Shown: piece by piece, positions 31,601-48,343 of the stretch
How the letters are laid out: every line of letters starts with the position of its first letter
Numbering within the stretch: position 1 is the first letter of the stretch
DNA from: the human T2T-CHM13v2.0 reference genome, Homo sapiens
DNA: 64,000 bases
Direction: 5' to 3' (one strand)
NCBI RefSeq assembly: GCF_009914755.1
Contig: NC_060936.1
Translations under genes and position numbers: made by a program
Notes under the pieces: model-generated
Databases searched by the model: none
Told to the model about the DNA's origin: nothing
Seen by the model: the letters and a program-made list of their open reading frames with translations, nothing else

Positions 31601-34600
31601 AAGAGGCTGAACTAAATTGATTTTTTTAAAGATAAGGTGTTCTCATTTTAAACACGCTAACAGATTAAATATAACAGTATTAGAAAGCTCAAGTTTTAAG
31701 TTGATGGACACAAAAAGAAATTCAGTCCCTTGTGCTACTTTTCTAGTGCGCCTTATTAAATCCAAATCTGAACAATGTAACTGAGAATGAACAAATGCTC
31801 CTTTTGATGGTTGCAAACAAAGCACCTGTTGAATGTCAAAGCAAACCATATGCATGCGCACTTAATCTTTGAAATTTAAGATAAGGTCTGATGTTCCCAA
31901 CCCAGCTTTTTCTACTGCAATTTATCAAACCTCAGTACTGCTAGGTTTACAAGCTTTTTCTTCCGAATTTTGTTCTATGAAGAGGAAAATAGTGCTCTTG
32001 AGATATTATAATAGCTACTGATTTAATAGGTCTGAATTTAATATGATGGTACAGAAAATGTCTTGCTTAAGCTCAGCCTTTGGGACAGGAATAGACTTAA
32101 TCACTTCAGTGATGAACAGTAGCACTGAGAAATTATCAAAAATTTAGCCCTATTTCATGCAGAATAATTGCAGAGATGGTCCTGCCTTCTATTCAGGTAA
32201 AAACCACTTAGGGAGAAGGAGATTTAATATATCAGCTATTTCAAATTGCATTGGGCTGAAACATGATACATAAATTCAGTTCTGAAAGAGACTTTTGAAA
32301 AAGGTATTTTAATCAATGAATTTTTCATTATAATAATAGAGCAACATGCAGATTTATCAAACAGAAGTAGATGTTAAATAGCTTGTTATTATTTTTTAAA
32401 AACCAAAATCTTATAGGGAGGCAAATTACCTAAGCTGCAATTTCCTGAGCACACCTAAGACAGTGTTAAAGACTTATACACAGCTAGGGTTTTGAAAGGG
32501 CAAAGGGATTCCACTGCCTGAAGTTCTCTAATTAAACTCAGTAGTTTTTTTTTTTTTTTTTGTCACTTTACTATCACGTTACCTTTAGTGACCAAGCCCC
32601 TTGTTCACAAATTAAACAATTAAAATAAATTTTAAAATATTTTCATGTTGTTTCCTGCCTTTAGCTATTAGTAAGTCAACATTTTAACATTCAAAGAAAC
32701 AATGAAGCATAGATTAAACTTTCCCAATTAAGTGGTTTGTAGCTAACCAAATTTGATAATGTTTCTACACCGATGTATATCATGATGGCAATTTTCAATT
32801 TTCAAAACTCACTGAAGGCTCCTAAGAAATTTCCAGCAAACAAAGGGGAGGCATCACTGACAACAGCTCAATTCTGTTTATATGACCTTCCCACCTGAAT
32901 GAGTTCTATTAAACTGTGATACAGCTGAGTCTCAGTTTTTTAGAATCAAATTGGAGTTAACCGGGTGAAGCCAAATTAGAAAATCTTGTAATTTCAAGGA
33001 CTGAGGGTGCCATTTTGAAGCACCACTGAAGATCCCTGAGTAAGTGGGTGGATTGAACAGAGAATCTCCTTCCTGAGAATGCTGAACACAGCAAAGAAAA
33101 AAGACCATGTAGTCTTGGATGTGGGGGTAGCAGAGTGGAGGAACTGCGGTCTGATGACTGATGCCTATCTACAGCCTGGTTATACTTCTTGCATTTGAGT
33201 TCTATGAGAATTCTTAGATTCAATTTGAGAGCTAAGAAGAGTTAAGATTCCTTTACTTTATCAGAGATATAAAACAGTCTACCACTGGCATATCCATTTT
33301 GATTTCTGTGAGATTCTACAGTAATACATGCATGCATACACATATACAAAAATAGCAATGAAAATGCTATAACCTAAAACCAGGAGACAATAATTGTGAT
33401 ATATAACACAACAATGAAGTTGAAATCATCAAAATACAAAGAGCCTTTGCAAATCAATAAGAAAAAGGCAAACAACACATAGACAAATTAGCAAAGGATA
33501 TGTACAGGCAGTCCCCAGAAGAAAAAATACAAATGGTTAATGTAAAAGTTTGTAATCTTTTCAACCTCAGGAAAATGTAATTTTGTATTTTTTTAATTTT
33601 GAATAATGACTGTGTATAGATTTCTAATTAATTATTCTAATTACTTAAAGCAGTAAGAATTACACATCCCTAGAAACAAAACTTCATGTACTTATAACCT
33701 TTGATATTTTTAGCAAAATGTTTGCATATTAGAAAAACACATTATATATTTTGATTTTTTAAAAAGAAGAGCATTTGAATGAAACTTATGAGTTAGTGAG
33801 CTTTCTAATATTTCCATTTATAGTACACTTAAGTTTTAGGTTATAAAGAGTATTCAATTGGTCAGACTGAGTTTTGAGAGTTCAATACAATTGATTTTGT
33901 TCTTAAATACAAAACGAATTCTTATGCCAATTTGTTTTTGACAGAACTGCAAACTTAACTCTTTTTATCTTTTGATATCAAACAGACTCTTAATCAATTT
34001 AATTCAGCCTAGCTTTTGGTGGAGCTGTTATGAAAATAAAGTGGTAAACTGAAATTGGAAGTGGGGTGAACTTTTCTCTAAACACGGATTTGCTGGTGGC
34101 ATGTTTTTTTCCTCTTTTTCATACCATGATAAATGTATATGTGAAACACAGGGAATTTAAATTTTCTGAGGATCATTACTGAACTATCTTTTTCATAGGA
34201 AATAAGGCAACAAAAGGCCATGCATTTTATATTAATTATTCCACTGCATGTAGCGATGATATTTTATATGATGCTGAGCATCTCTTTAAACTACATGAAT
34301 GTGAAACTTGGCCTGGTTAGTAGCATGTTTATCTTTCCTCTGAAAGCAGCAGTTTTATCAGAGCCAAATACAACACCAAGTTGACACTTTCTTTGCAACA
34401 ATGTTACATTTTTTGCTTGCAATATTCTGAGGGGCTTCTTCCATCGCTTCCATTTTGCTTGCTGATTGGGGAAAGAAATTCCGTGCACAAAAGGAATTTA
34501 AAAAATATGTAAGCAGCAAATGTGAATGTGTGTCAGACAAACAGATTTCCAGCATCTTAGTGCTTGCTTCGAACAGCTTGGAAGTGTAACTACAGGCCCA

Positions 34601-34661
34601 GTTCAATTTGAGTTTTGATGAAAACTCTGAAATTCACATGTGATCCTTTCTCTATACATAG

Positions 34662-34787
<126 letters not shown>

Positions 34788-35684
34788 TGAAGTGGAGAAA
34801 TGTCTTCTAATTCCATTACATTTTCTGAAATTACCAAGTAGAAATTGCAGCAAGATACCTCTTAAAATATTTTGTTTGCTGTGAGGGGAAAATGCAATTA
34901 TCAAAGCTATGGATGAAATAATTTCTAAGAACAGGCAGTCCCCTACTTGCTAATTTAACTTCTGGTAATTAGAATTCACAGTATTCAACCGATTACATCT
35001 ACTTGTGGCACTTTCAGCAGGCAGACAGAATACAAATTAACTTGAAGCAGTCGGTCTGCTTCTGAGAGCTTCTAGCCACAGTCTCACCTTCTCAGCTTCC
35101 TCAGCCTGAGCTGCAGCAACCTTCCTTGGACTTTACAGATTTAGAACTAGACAGGGCTAGGGGCCTTTTGAGTTGGGCCGCTATTCTAGCCAAATTTTTG
35201 AAAAATAATATAATGATTTGATAAGGGATCGAAGATGAAAAATTAATTCTTGTCCATTAAATTTAAAAGCAGGATGGCCTTATATGATACTAGGTGAAAC
35301 TCCTAGTGCTAATGAGACAGCAATTCTAAAAGAGTGAGAAAACCAGAGACTTACTTCTAGTGCCTAGGAATATTGCCCAAAAAGTGACAAGGAACTAAAG
35401 AAGGTAACAAAACGGGCATTTTTGCTTCAATTTCTCAAGAAGTCATGAAATGTCACCTAGATGAATGATAATATTGGCTACCTTTTATTGACTGCCTGTC
35501 AATAAAATAGAGATTGCTGAAAGACAACTGTTAAAAATCGCTTTTCATTCGAAGACATTCCAGGATCCACAAAGTTGATGAAAATGTTCCTCACCTTCTG
35601 AATTGTTAAAGAAATGTGAAAGCTGGATAAGAATTAGGGGAACAGGCTAAGTTAGAGACCAGGTTTTTAAAAATCTGTAAGACA

Positions 35685-36159
<475 letters not shown>

Positions 36160-38633
36160 TTACTAGTAATGCAGCATGTGCTAATGATTTCCAGTTTGAT
36201 GAGAAATGAACAATAAATAAATGAAACACTAATGCTCATCTTTGATAACTAACATCCAAAGTCAGTAATGCTGTGAGAGCTCTAAGCAGTTGCAGAAATT
36301 CTGTGCTTTATTTAGGAATTGACAGTTCTAATAATGTCTTCACTTTCTAAAGTTTCCAGAGGGTTCCTCATGAAGGATGTACAAATATACTGTCATATTA
36401 AAAATAATTTTTTGATCAGCTTCTTTATAGCCCTGGCTAGTTATTACATAATACATTCTAGAAAACTACATTATTGGTTTACAGGTTCAGGTTTGTAGTT
36501 ATACCATTTTTAGTTAATTACATCTGATATTTGTGGTCATTTCTATCACTTCTATGAAAATTTGAGCATCAGGATTTGGTTAGGAGCAAAACCTCTTATT
36601 TATATATTCTAGGAAAGATCAAGGACAACTTATATTGGTCTTAATATATAACATATTTTCCAAAAATTTAATCTGGCTTTCTATATGCATCCAGTATTTT
36701 TTTCATCATATTGACCATTCATATTTTCCAGTGGAAATCTAGTGGTGTCTCATTCTGATTAGTCATAATTTTGAAGCTTTCAAGTTAGCTTTAATTATTA
36801 ATACTATAAGTATCATTTTATAAAGTAGTATTTTTAAGAAAATAAATAATAACACTGAGAATTTTTTTACTAAAATATAGTGAGAGTACATTTACTGTTC
36901 CCTTTTCAGCAAACATCAAATCTAAAAAGTTATTTCATTCTGAGAAACTGATGAATTTTTAAAATATTACACATTGGTTTTTCCCAAATGTTCTCAGTTA
37001 ATTTGATTTATAAAGTGATTCCTAAGAGGCAGGAAGTTAAAGTCTGAAAAACTTCATAAAGTTTGGATCAAATATATGTTTACCAAAACTAAAAGACAAC
37101 CCTAAAATATTCTAATTAAGACGCTTTCATGGTACAGAGAAATGTGATATTTATCTCTTAGGCAGAAGTCAGAACAAGGTTGTAAAAAGTAACCTCATTC
37201 TTTATTAACAAAATATCCAAAAACTCTAAATTATAAATCATCTAGTTTCTAAAGAGTTTAAGCCATCTCTCTAGCATTTTTTCTGCTCAAAAGAAAATTG
37301 GTTATAAAAAGTGAGGATGAGGAAGTAGAATCTTACTTATTCGCATTACTACATAAAGGTAAATACCAAATACCTACTTAGCAAACAAAGAGACAGACTG
37401 TTTCCTTTACTAATCATGTCTTTATAATCCGATGCCTATTTTAGCTGTTTTTTGACCATCTGTCTGTGTTTTGTTTACCTACAATCTAGCACTCTTATTG
37501 CCACTGTTGTATCATGATTCCACACAAAAAAAAAGATATTGAAGCATTAAAATAGAAACAACATAATCATTCAGGTTATTGGGCCATGTTAAAAGTTGAG
37601 CCACCTAGCCAAAATGCACTTAAGTACACGGTGGGTCACAATTAAAATGGTTATGCATTTTTTTTAAGAGGGGGAATTGCTTTTTTACTCTACTAGCTAA
37701 AAAGGCATGAACTCAGATTTTTCAGGCTGAGATGTAAAAACCTATGGTGTTACTGCATTTACAAAATAGCATATACCTTGAATAACAGTAAGAGTCTGCT
37801 TTGTTACCTATATGGATCTAAATCAGTCTGTTGACACAAAATCTCTAATGGCAGAGTATCTATGATAGTCTACTCACACCTCTTTTTTTCTTCGCAAAAA
37901 TATTAACCATACCATAATACCTTAATATTCATAATGAGGCTTAAGAATGCATCAGTAAGAAAACAGACTTAAAGAAATGTAATAGTTCTGTGGTGTTTGG
38001 AAAAAATAAAAAACACAGTTACTCACCATTAAAAAACCTCACCTCTAATCTCCCTTGCTTTCTATGAAGCTGAAATTACATTTCTTTTACTCCGTGTCCT
38101 ATATTTAAACACAGAATCTCATAGATAATAATCATTCTACTGTAAGTTAAAATAAATGTAGTCTGCACACCAGTGAAGGTCAAATATAATAGAAACTAGA
38201 AGATCTTATTTTTTATCTCAAAATGCTACCCAATTTCTAAGAAATTTCTACTCAGCTAGCCTGAGGCTTTGATAAAGAATAAAAGTTTCCCACTTTGTAA
38301 TTACAAACTTGTGATTGCTTAACAATGCATTTTCACTTATAAATCATGCTCTGGAAAGAAAAACAATGCACAAGAGCTTTTAGCAACTGGAAAGTTATTT
38401 GATTACAACTCTTTTGCAAAAATGAACTCCATATTTAACTGCAATCAGCAACCTTTTAAAAGCCTCTTTTGTGCTTAAAACCAGGCTTCCCAGAGCCTGC
38501 ATCAGTCATAATTGGGTTTCTGAAGTCTACATAGCTCAGTTCATTTGCCTTCTGTGTTCAGATTCATAAGAGAATCAGAGTTTTATTAAAAATAAATAGG
38601 AAGAGGGAGAAATCCCAATATGCAGCATTGTGA

Positions 38634-38888
<255 letters not shown>

Positions 38889-41800
38889 TAACCTTTCCTT
38901 TGTTGTTTTACTTAAAAGACTGATCTCATCCTGACACATACATAGACATGCACATGAATGCTTGTTCAGGCACTCACAATAATTCCAGTCAGAATATGCA
39001 AAATTCTTATCTTCACTACAGTCAACATTCGATATTGCCTTTCAGCGTGTTCAGAGTAGGATTCGGTTCAGTCATTTCAGAATGGAATGGACTAGAACAT
39101 GACTAGGATGTCATAGTCACATCTAAAAAGTGAGATCCCTCCCTGAAATAAAGCCAAAGGAATGAAATCATTATTTTTCTGAATTTCAAAGTTTGTGAAA
39201 ATAAGTACATCTGTTACAATCCCAGGATTAAGTAAGCTGTGTCCCAATGCTTAAATGGTACAAATAGACATGACTCTTGTAACAAAATTGTGTGTGTAGA
39301 GGGCAATTTGAGCACTTCAAAGTCATTCTTCTTAACTAATCAATAAAAGGAATATGAACATATTTTTTATTGCATTTCTAGCCTTCTTCCTTTACTCTAG
39401 GTTCTGCCCTGATGTTCTTCATCTTGTTGAGGCACCTCAGTTGACAAACAACAGAGAGATTCCAGCCATATAATATCTCATCAGGAAAACATGTCCTGCA
39501 GGTCTCCAGGATCTTCGTGGATCTTGGCTTGAAATCATTCATAAAAACAATTCTTTTGGTGGATATCTTTAACGTGCGAAAAAAACTTTTTAATGCATTA
39601 CTTAGAACAATATGTTTCTGAAAAATGAAATATCTGTGAATATGCCAGCAGGCTAATTCAAAATCACCACGTCCATCAGCCAGGCTTAGCATATGCCTTG
39701 TGTTGGCAAACATTCTGGGATGAAATAAATTGAAAATGGGGGCATGAGTCATTTTCTCAAACCTTGTTTTCAATTATGTAAAGGGGAAGTGTCTTTCTAT
39801 TCACTCTAAAATTTCTGAGTTTTCAAGACAAAGGTCCCTCATGTATTGTCAGTAATCTTATTTAAAATCTGGTTTTTCTGTACCTAAGCAGTGAATTTAA
39901 AGTAGCAGTAAAGACATTCTGGAAATACTCAGTTCATGAAGAGTATCTGCTCATGAAGCTTAATCACTATAGTCAACATACTACGAAACGTAAAATGGAA
40001 ATAAAATTTTAAAAATATTGTAATAGTAATCACAGTTGTTTTATTCATCTATTTATTAACCTTAACTTAGGTCAGCAGTTTCTGACCAAAACTTAGTAAG
40101 GAAATTCTTAAATTATATGAGCTAATGTATTGGGGCTTTGTTTTGTATTGCATTACCTACATTATTATTTCTTTAAAAAATGCTAATAATTTTATTAGTA
40201 ATTTCTATAAAACCAAGTATAATTATTGAAATTTTTGAATTCTCTATACATTTTTATCAAGTTTCATTTTATTTCAGAAAGGTTGATCAAACTATACATA
40301 AATCCAAAGTATAATATATTCTGCTATATTAAAAAATACTTCAATTTTTCTAGAGAACTGGTTAGACATTGTAGATTACTCATCTTGAAATGCCAAGAGG
40401 CAATATGATACAGGAATGGAAGTATAAAAGACTTTAAAGAAGCCTGGCTTTACAATGGATTTAAATCACTTAACAGGAACTCAACATGCCCCAAATTAAT
40501 TCATCTTCTTTTCCCCCAAAACAGTTATCTGAAGGAGCTACTAATCATTCAAACAATAAATATTTTTAAGTGCTTCTTCTGTGCTAGGTGTTTTACATAT
40601 ATTCATTCATCCCTAAAATAGCCCCATGAAGCAGCCATTATTACAGTATTATCACAATTTAATAGATGAATAAACTTATGTTTAATCACGTGCCCCAGGC
40701 CCTTTAGTTGGAAAGTCCAAATCTGGTACAAGGTCTGTCTGACCCCAAGTCCAGGTTTTTGACTGTTGCTCTTTGAGTACAATCACTAGAAAGTCTAGAG
40801 AGATTTTAGATATACAATAAAATTTTCAAGGGTTTATCCTTACTCTAAAAAATTTTGTTTCTTTCTTTGAGAGTCAGCTCTTTGGAAGGGTTTATTTTCC
40901 ATTCCTTCTAAAATGGAAAAAGGATGATGCTTACTTTTTAATCATATCATTTTAATAAAATAATCAGGTTCCAAACAGATGGTAAATAAATGACAGAAAA
41001 GAAAAACTCTTTGGAAAACTAAAATTTCTTGTATGTAGATGGCCCAATATTCTTCCTTTTCTTCCCTCCTTAATATACAGAGTTAATTGAGAAATGTTTG
41101 CTGAAGCATAAGACAACCATTTACACTGATAAAATAATAGGAAGTGTATGAAAATTGATCAAACCTTTAAGACAAGTCTAAACAATTTCTTAATTAGGTA
41201 TTTCTACCCAGTTACTGAAGTGTAGCTTACTTGGATTGCACTGCTTTCACTGAATATTAAAAATGTCACTAATAAACATCCCAACCCATAGCATCTGTCC
41301 CAGATATATTTGAACAGCTGGAGAATTCATCAGTTCTTGGCCTTTTGCCACCACTCATCCTAAGGCATGTCATACCCAAGAATGAACTTCAAAACCCATA
41401 TTATAATGCACCTCTTATATTCAAAACATCAATTTCCTAGTCAGTTCTTGTCAATCAGCAAATTATTTTAGGGAGTAGGTGAGGCACTTGTGAATATCAT
41501 TTCAATCCTTTCAGACTCCTAGCATAGCCTTTAATAAATCATTGCTCCATTGAACTGTGGCATTTAAATGCCTTGAAAGAGTTAATGGAGCATTTGAAAT
41601 AAGTTATTTGCCCCTCAGTAAGTTACACCCTGACAATACAACTTAAAACAACAATAACAACAAAATATTCTACAAGAAAAACTTACTTATAGTCAAATGC
41701 AATTGGCTTGTTTATTGTTTTATTAATCTTAAGGCTTTATAGTATAACTAACAGCAGGATCCATTATTAATAATGCTAACAGCTTCTAGAACTTTGAGAT

Positions 41801-42013
41801 AAGGCAATAAATCACTAAAATTTCCCATTTTCTCTCAAGTAATTTTAGCCTCAAGCAGTTTGTCAAAAGTCTGAATTTAAAAAATAACCAAAAACAAAAT
41901 TATCTCCCTGTTCTGTTTATGCAACGTAAATATTAAATTAAGCACCATGAACAAGTAACATGTTTTAAGCATTTTTGTGACTGGATATTTTATCCTCATG
42001 TCTTTTAATTTAG

Positions 42014-42301
<288 letters not shown>

Positions 42302-43418
42302 TGATAAAATAGGGTCAAGGGCACTGCACCACCTCGTTAAAAAGTGTACAGGTCTTCTGGGTGTTATCTGAAAGAAGAGAGAGACATTTGTGTACTGGAT
42401 CTAGAAACAGCAACCCTGGACACAAACAAACACACATGCCCACAGGAACTCTTTCTAAAAGCTTACAAAAGGCCACACACACTCATAAACTACTGCTTTA
42501 AAATGACAACGAAAAATTATTTTATTTCTCATTTTTCCACAATCATTTTGTGTTTTCTGCATAGGTTATGTAGCTATTACACAGAAATAAAATGGTACTT
42601 TTTCCTTGATTGTTTCTGCATATCACAGACAGTTCATTGTTTCTCCTAAAGATACGAGAGCATGATTGGTCAAACATCAAATACAATTCACAAAGCCTGA
42701 TATTAAATCCATTTTTTAAATGACTCACATTTTTATGCTACTCCTCACATTGTTTATTCCCAGTTTTAATAGTTTAGCCCAGTATTTTTCCATGACTTGA
42801 AAAGGGAAGTTCAATATGTTTAGTGCATTTAAGCTTCATAATAATCAATTGTATCTGATTATGCGATGCCTGCCTGGCACCAGCATTTTTCTCTGCAAAC
42901 ATTTCAGTAGACCAATACTAGAAAAGCAAACAACCCTTAGCTTCTCCAAATTCCTAAAACAACTCCTTTCGCAGTCACTCTTTAGTTCCTGACGTAAGGC
43001 TGTAATTACGCAAGAGATTGCTGACAGCTCAGTCATTTAGGATCTCCAGGTCCCTAGGATTCCCTGGCCTCTTGGGGTCACCAGGGAGATCAGAGAGAAC
43101 GTCAGGCCTTCAGAGAAACTCAATCAAGTCCATCACCTGGGAATCCTCTCAGCCTAAGGTTTTCTGTGACCAATCTGAGGCTATGAACTTTATACCCCCT
43201 ATATGATGAAATGAGGTTTTAGAACAGGCCTATTAATTCCCATGCTGAAATTGAACTTTTCACTCTAACATTGCTGTTTGCTATTTGATTTTACAAAATG
43301 AGTCAAAAATACTTAAGTTAAACTCTGCTCTTTTTTTTGGAAAAAAGTATGTATACTTATACTTTCCAAAAAAGAGAGCAGAGCTTAAGTATTTTTGTAT
43401 ATAATATTCATGTATACT

Positions 43419-43423
<5 letters not shown>

Positions 43424-43460
<37 letters not shown>
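43424..43460. repeat. (TA)n microsatellite
   Basis: About 18 TA units. Confidence 0.95.
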
Positions 43461-43463
<3 letters not shown>

Positions 43464-46400
43464 CTGTCTCAATATCTAAGAATGTTGACTAACCTTTCTT
43501 AGACATTGACACAGATTTAGCCCTACTGTGGATATTCAAGAATACCCAGGAAAAATACCGAGTTTTAAAATTATATGATTTTATGGATAGTTCTTTCCTA
43601 TAAGTGAACTAATAGTAATGTTACAGACATCTTCATGAAAAAAAAAATTCGATCATTCAGTTACAATGTTTATAATTATTTAACAAAGTAGTGGGATGTT
43701 TCATTGACTTTTTTGTTGAAGTGTTTGACTTTGTGTAAATTTTTTGGGTGATAAAGTAGGACCATAAGAAATGTTTATTAACTGATTGGTTTTATTAATT
43801 GACTGGTGTTTGGTTGGCTTGTTGGTTGAATATGAGAACATGAACCACTGGTACTTCACAATGCCCACTTGTGCAGGGTGCATGGTTCACACTTGTTACT
43901 TTCACCTGGATAATTATCAGGTGGTAATGACATCCAAGATCACACCCAGTGGGTTTCTGAAAAATTGTGCAATGTTTTTTTCTGAGCTAAGGGAATGTGG
44001 ACCATTGAGCAAGTTTCCTCTTTCAGAAATCTTTGAGTACGAGCAGAGTTTGAAACTTAACACCAGGCTGATGGGTTTCACTCTAGAATCTAGGGGTTTA
44101 GGTAAACTGCCCATTCAGAATTTTAACCTAGAAAGTGGCCTAACATGATTTACCCCTTATCTTACTTACCGATGAAATAGAATAGAACATGAAGTACCCA
44201 GCATAGAGTCTGGCATATGGTAAATGTTCACTAAGTGAGAGGTCTCTCATACCTTTTTCTTGGTTAATTTTGTGTGTGTGTTCTCTTTCCCCATTTTGTG
44301 TGTTCATCTCCTCATTTGTTGTGTCTCTTCCCTCTATTTTTATCTACTTCGCTATCCTTTTTCTCACCATTGCACTTACTGAGTATCTGTAGGAGTTATT
44401 AATGGGAAATATTAATTTTATCATTACACTCGTAAAACTCTAGAGACTTTCCTCTTTGATTTCTACTCAGGAATAGAAATTTTTGGTTTTCAGTTAGACT
44501 ATTTCTCTTTATCAAGGTATAGGTTATAAAAAACTGTATAAGACAGATGTCTAGCTTACAAAGTATCTCTGGATGACTAGACCCAGTTAGAAACTTTTTC
44601 ATTATAAAGGAAGTAAGATTCCACTTACATTTTATATCTGAAGAATTACATATTCTCAATGATATCTGCTCTAACTTTTCATGCCACTGTCCATTAATTG
44701 TAGAAAATTATAATTGTGTGAATAAATTGAAGTCTTAGATTGACTTTAGTTTTATGATTTTAAAGAAATTGTTTTTCCACTTTCCATGAGCAATTTTGTT
44801 CATGATTTTAGTTTTGCTTTCATCTAGCAGTGTTAAGCATTATTTTTAATGTCATAATGAGATGAAAGATATCAAAGAAAGTGAGAAAAAGGAGTTCAAG
44901 GAACAGCTTTGGAATCTAGAACAAGTACTGCTAATCATAGTAAGCTGTTCTGCCGGAGACTTGGATTTAAAGAGGTTAAATCAAACCCACTGACAGCCAA
45001 CTCTGTGATGTTAATTAAATGGAGTAAGGTTTTATTGCCAGAAAGTTGACAACTATAAGTCATAAGATGATGAAGTAATTGTGTAACTTAAAGGATTATG
45101 TACTATTTTAGCGACCAAATAATGTGCAAGCAATTTAGAAAGAAATGGGAAGGAACATGGATAGTGTAAGAGCCTCATTTGGAAGTGACTAGGCCCATGT
45201 TTAAAAGGAAGTGATGTGGAAGAGATAAGGTGTACCAGGAAGAGCCACAACAAAAGCACATTGTTCCCACTATTCGATTCTATCCCCAGGTGGAAACATC
45301 ACTGGTGAGGTTTCCATTTGGCTTGATCGTGTTCCGCAAATTTACACAATCAAAGCCACCTCACTGGTTTCCGTTCACTTGCCGGTTTGTTTTTTCAGTG
45401 ATGCATGGTCGACTACTTTCTTCCTCCACTTCCCCACCTTCTAATAGATGAAGGTGGAATTTGACCTTGGAGACAGGTCAACATTTCTCTTGTTTTTGTT
45501 TCTTTAAAACAGAAATATGTATCCTCTGAGTTCCTAGAGATGGTTATATATAAAACTGTTGTTTCTTAATTTTTTTATTTCTCAGTATATGGCTTCAAAA
45601 TCATCCTTGGTAATCAGTATATAATTCTTCAGTGTGCAAAAGGCTACCAATATGTATAGCCCCAAGCTGAATCTTTGAGATTTTCTTCTCTTTAATCTTT
45701 CAAAAAATAAGTATTTATTGTATACACAAGTCAAACCTGAAACCAATCTTTATCTTTTTAGAATAATCTATTTAATATTTTGACTTAATTATTTCAAACA
45801 TTACAAGCAACAGCTATGACTCCATTTTTCCCTTCTTATAAATTTCACTTATGTGCAGTTTTAAAATTGTCTCAGTTCTGCACCCCAGGATCAGGTATAT
45901 CATCAAAGTATTTAAACTCTTTTTATTTTAACATTTTGTTCCTATTTATAAAGTTTATTTTTATCTCCATGCCTTCTACTGATATTTGTTATCTCTAAAA
46001 ACAGCATAAGGAATAGATAGCACCAGAAAAAAAAACTAAGCCTTTTTTTTTAACATTCCGCCCTGATATGCTGCAAGCTCTCATGACTTGAGCAGTACTG
46101 TTTTATTGTTTTGTTTCCATTAGAGAATAAGTCTATCACCTCTGCTTTGTGTAAAATTTGGTAAAGAGTGATTTTTAAATGAGATTCTGTAATCTAGTGC
46201 AAATGGAAAAATATTGATTGCAGAATTAAAACAAGTTGGAACATAATTTAATTAGTATCCAAGCAGAAGGGAAGAGAAACTACTTTAATGCTTTAATGGA
46301 AAATCAATTTTGCAAGAAAATTTCACATTTTTAAGCCTAATTAGAAAAAGATTTACTTCACAGAAAAGCATGTGAAGAATACATATTCAATCAAATGGCA

Positions 46401-48343
46401 ACAGTTTTTTAACTTCCAATGGTCAATTCCTTAGTACTTCCTTGGAATGAGTTAAAGTCATTATTCCTTATGGCATCTTTTATGCCCAAGGATCATGAAA
46501 GAAGTGATGCTATTTCTAAGTACATTTAGCAATCAGACGGCAACTATGCTCTCCAAGAATCTCCACCCAACGATCAATGCCCTGATTGGAAATCCTTATA
46601 AAAGGTTAATTGTTGGAATTTTAAACATGGATGCCAATAAGAACCTTCCTGGTCATTCATTCACAACCTATCACATTTGAGAAATACAACAAAAACATTA
46701 ATTTGCATCCATAGCATTTCAGGAATTATACTTGTTTTTCTTTACTTGTTCATTGTCTATCTTCCTCACTGGACTGAAACTCCATCCAGGCAGCAACCAT
46801 GTCTATGGTTCCTCACCAAGTGTAATCACAGAGGCAAGAACACAATAGGCGTGAAAAACTATTTTTGAATGAATGAATGGAGATGTTTATTGTATTGTAA
46901 GAAATGTGTCCAAACGCCCTTTTTAAAGTCCGTGTTAATAGTCATTGTGTTCATATTTTACAAATGAAGGTTAAAGTATTCTGAAAGCTAATCAGCAAAA
47001 TGTCCTAGCTGTGAATGCTGAAGATAGTTTAGTGCCTTTCTGGGTTTTTTTGGTATGTTTCTTTAAAGATAGAGGCAGTACAGATGCTTAGCAAAATCAA
47101 CCTTGTTATTGTTTTTGTTTTTGGTTTTGAAAATGATAATAGATTTTGTCTCAACAACTTTTGTTTGTTTGTTAAAGGCTTATTTAGTGTCTCCCTCTTT
47201 GTAACCCTCTTTTTCGTCCTGTTTCCATAATGCACATGGAGCTCATAGATTACCTTAATTTTTATTTAAATGTAAGACTGAAAGCTATGGTGTAAGTCTC
47301 TGCCTACATCATGGAAATTGATCCAGAGGAAAATGGGAAAGAATTAGTTCTAGGGAGAACTCAAAGAGTAGGAATAAAATCTAAGTTTATCATGCCTAGA
47401 ATATTTGTTGTTAATCAATTTTATAATATAGTAGATATAGTTTAGTAGTATTGAATTATTTTATAGTATATTAAAACTATAATATATATTAGTGTACCTA
47501 GTATCTCTGCGTCCATATCATGGGACTTGGAACATATTGATTTCCCTTTAAACTGCTACAGAAGTATAGATGTGTTTTATTTTTTACAGTATCTTGGGTC
47601 ATAGCTGTGGTTTATTTGAGTTTGAGTCTTTGGTTAGAATTTCTGTCACCAATTATAATTGTATTCTTATGTATAATAAATGTTATCCACTTCGTGATGT
47701 GGTTTCCAAGAACATGATAGGAAAAAGCAAATAACTTGAAATATCTCTCTAGTATGTAGGACTGTAATTTGCTTGCCTTTCTGGTTAAAAAGACTTTTCA
47801 GGCAGAGGTAAAAGAAATCCAAATTCTCACTTTAGAGTTTCTAAACAAAAATCCAATATTTTTTATTTTAAATTCCCTAGAAAAGTAATATAAATTAGAC
47901 TCTAATTTGAAGCAAGAATTAAAGCAAGGAGAGATCCTGGACATTTTCAAAATGCACTTTGGCTACCTTCCATTGTTCTCCCTCACGTTGTCATACTTTA
48001 GCCTACTGCACCTGCCTTCCTTGTCACAGTGATAACCACCCAAAGGTCTGGTCTCACAGCCTGGCTCTCTAGCTTCCAAAGTTCATCTTCATTAAAGCTT
48101 ATATTAACTTCTCTACCTATCCTATAAACACAAATAATAGCTATCATTTACTGAGAGTCTACTATATGCTGACAAAAAAAAAAATCTCATAACATTCTTC
48201 AAAATTGGCATTACCAAATCTGTTTTACAAAACAGGGAAGGAAGGGAACTGAGACCCAGGAAAGTTTAAGTAATGTGTCCAAGTTTACACGGGCAATGCC
48301 ATAACTACAATTCAAACACAGGTCTAAAAGCCTACACTTGCCA

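Noticed and set aside
39378-39773. 131-aa antisense ORF in unique intronic sequence
   Set aside because: Non-ATG start, no recognisable homology or splice context
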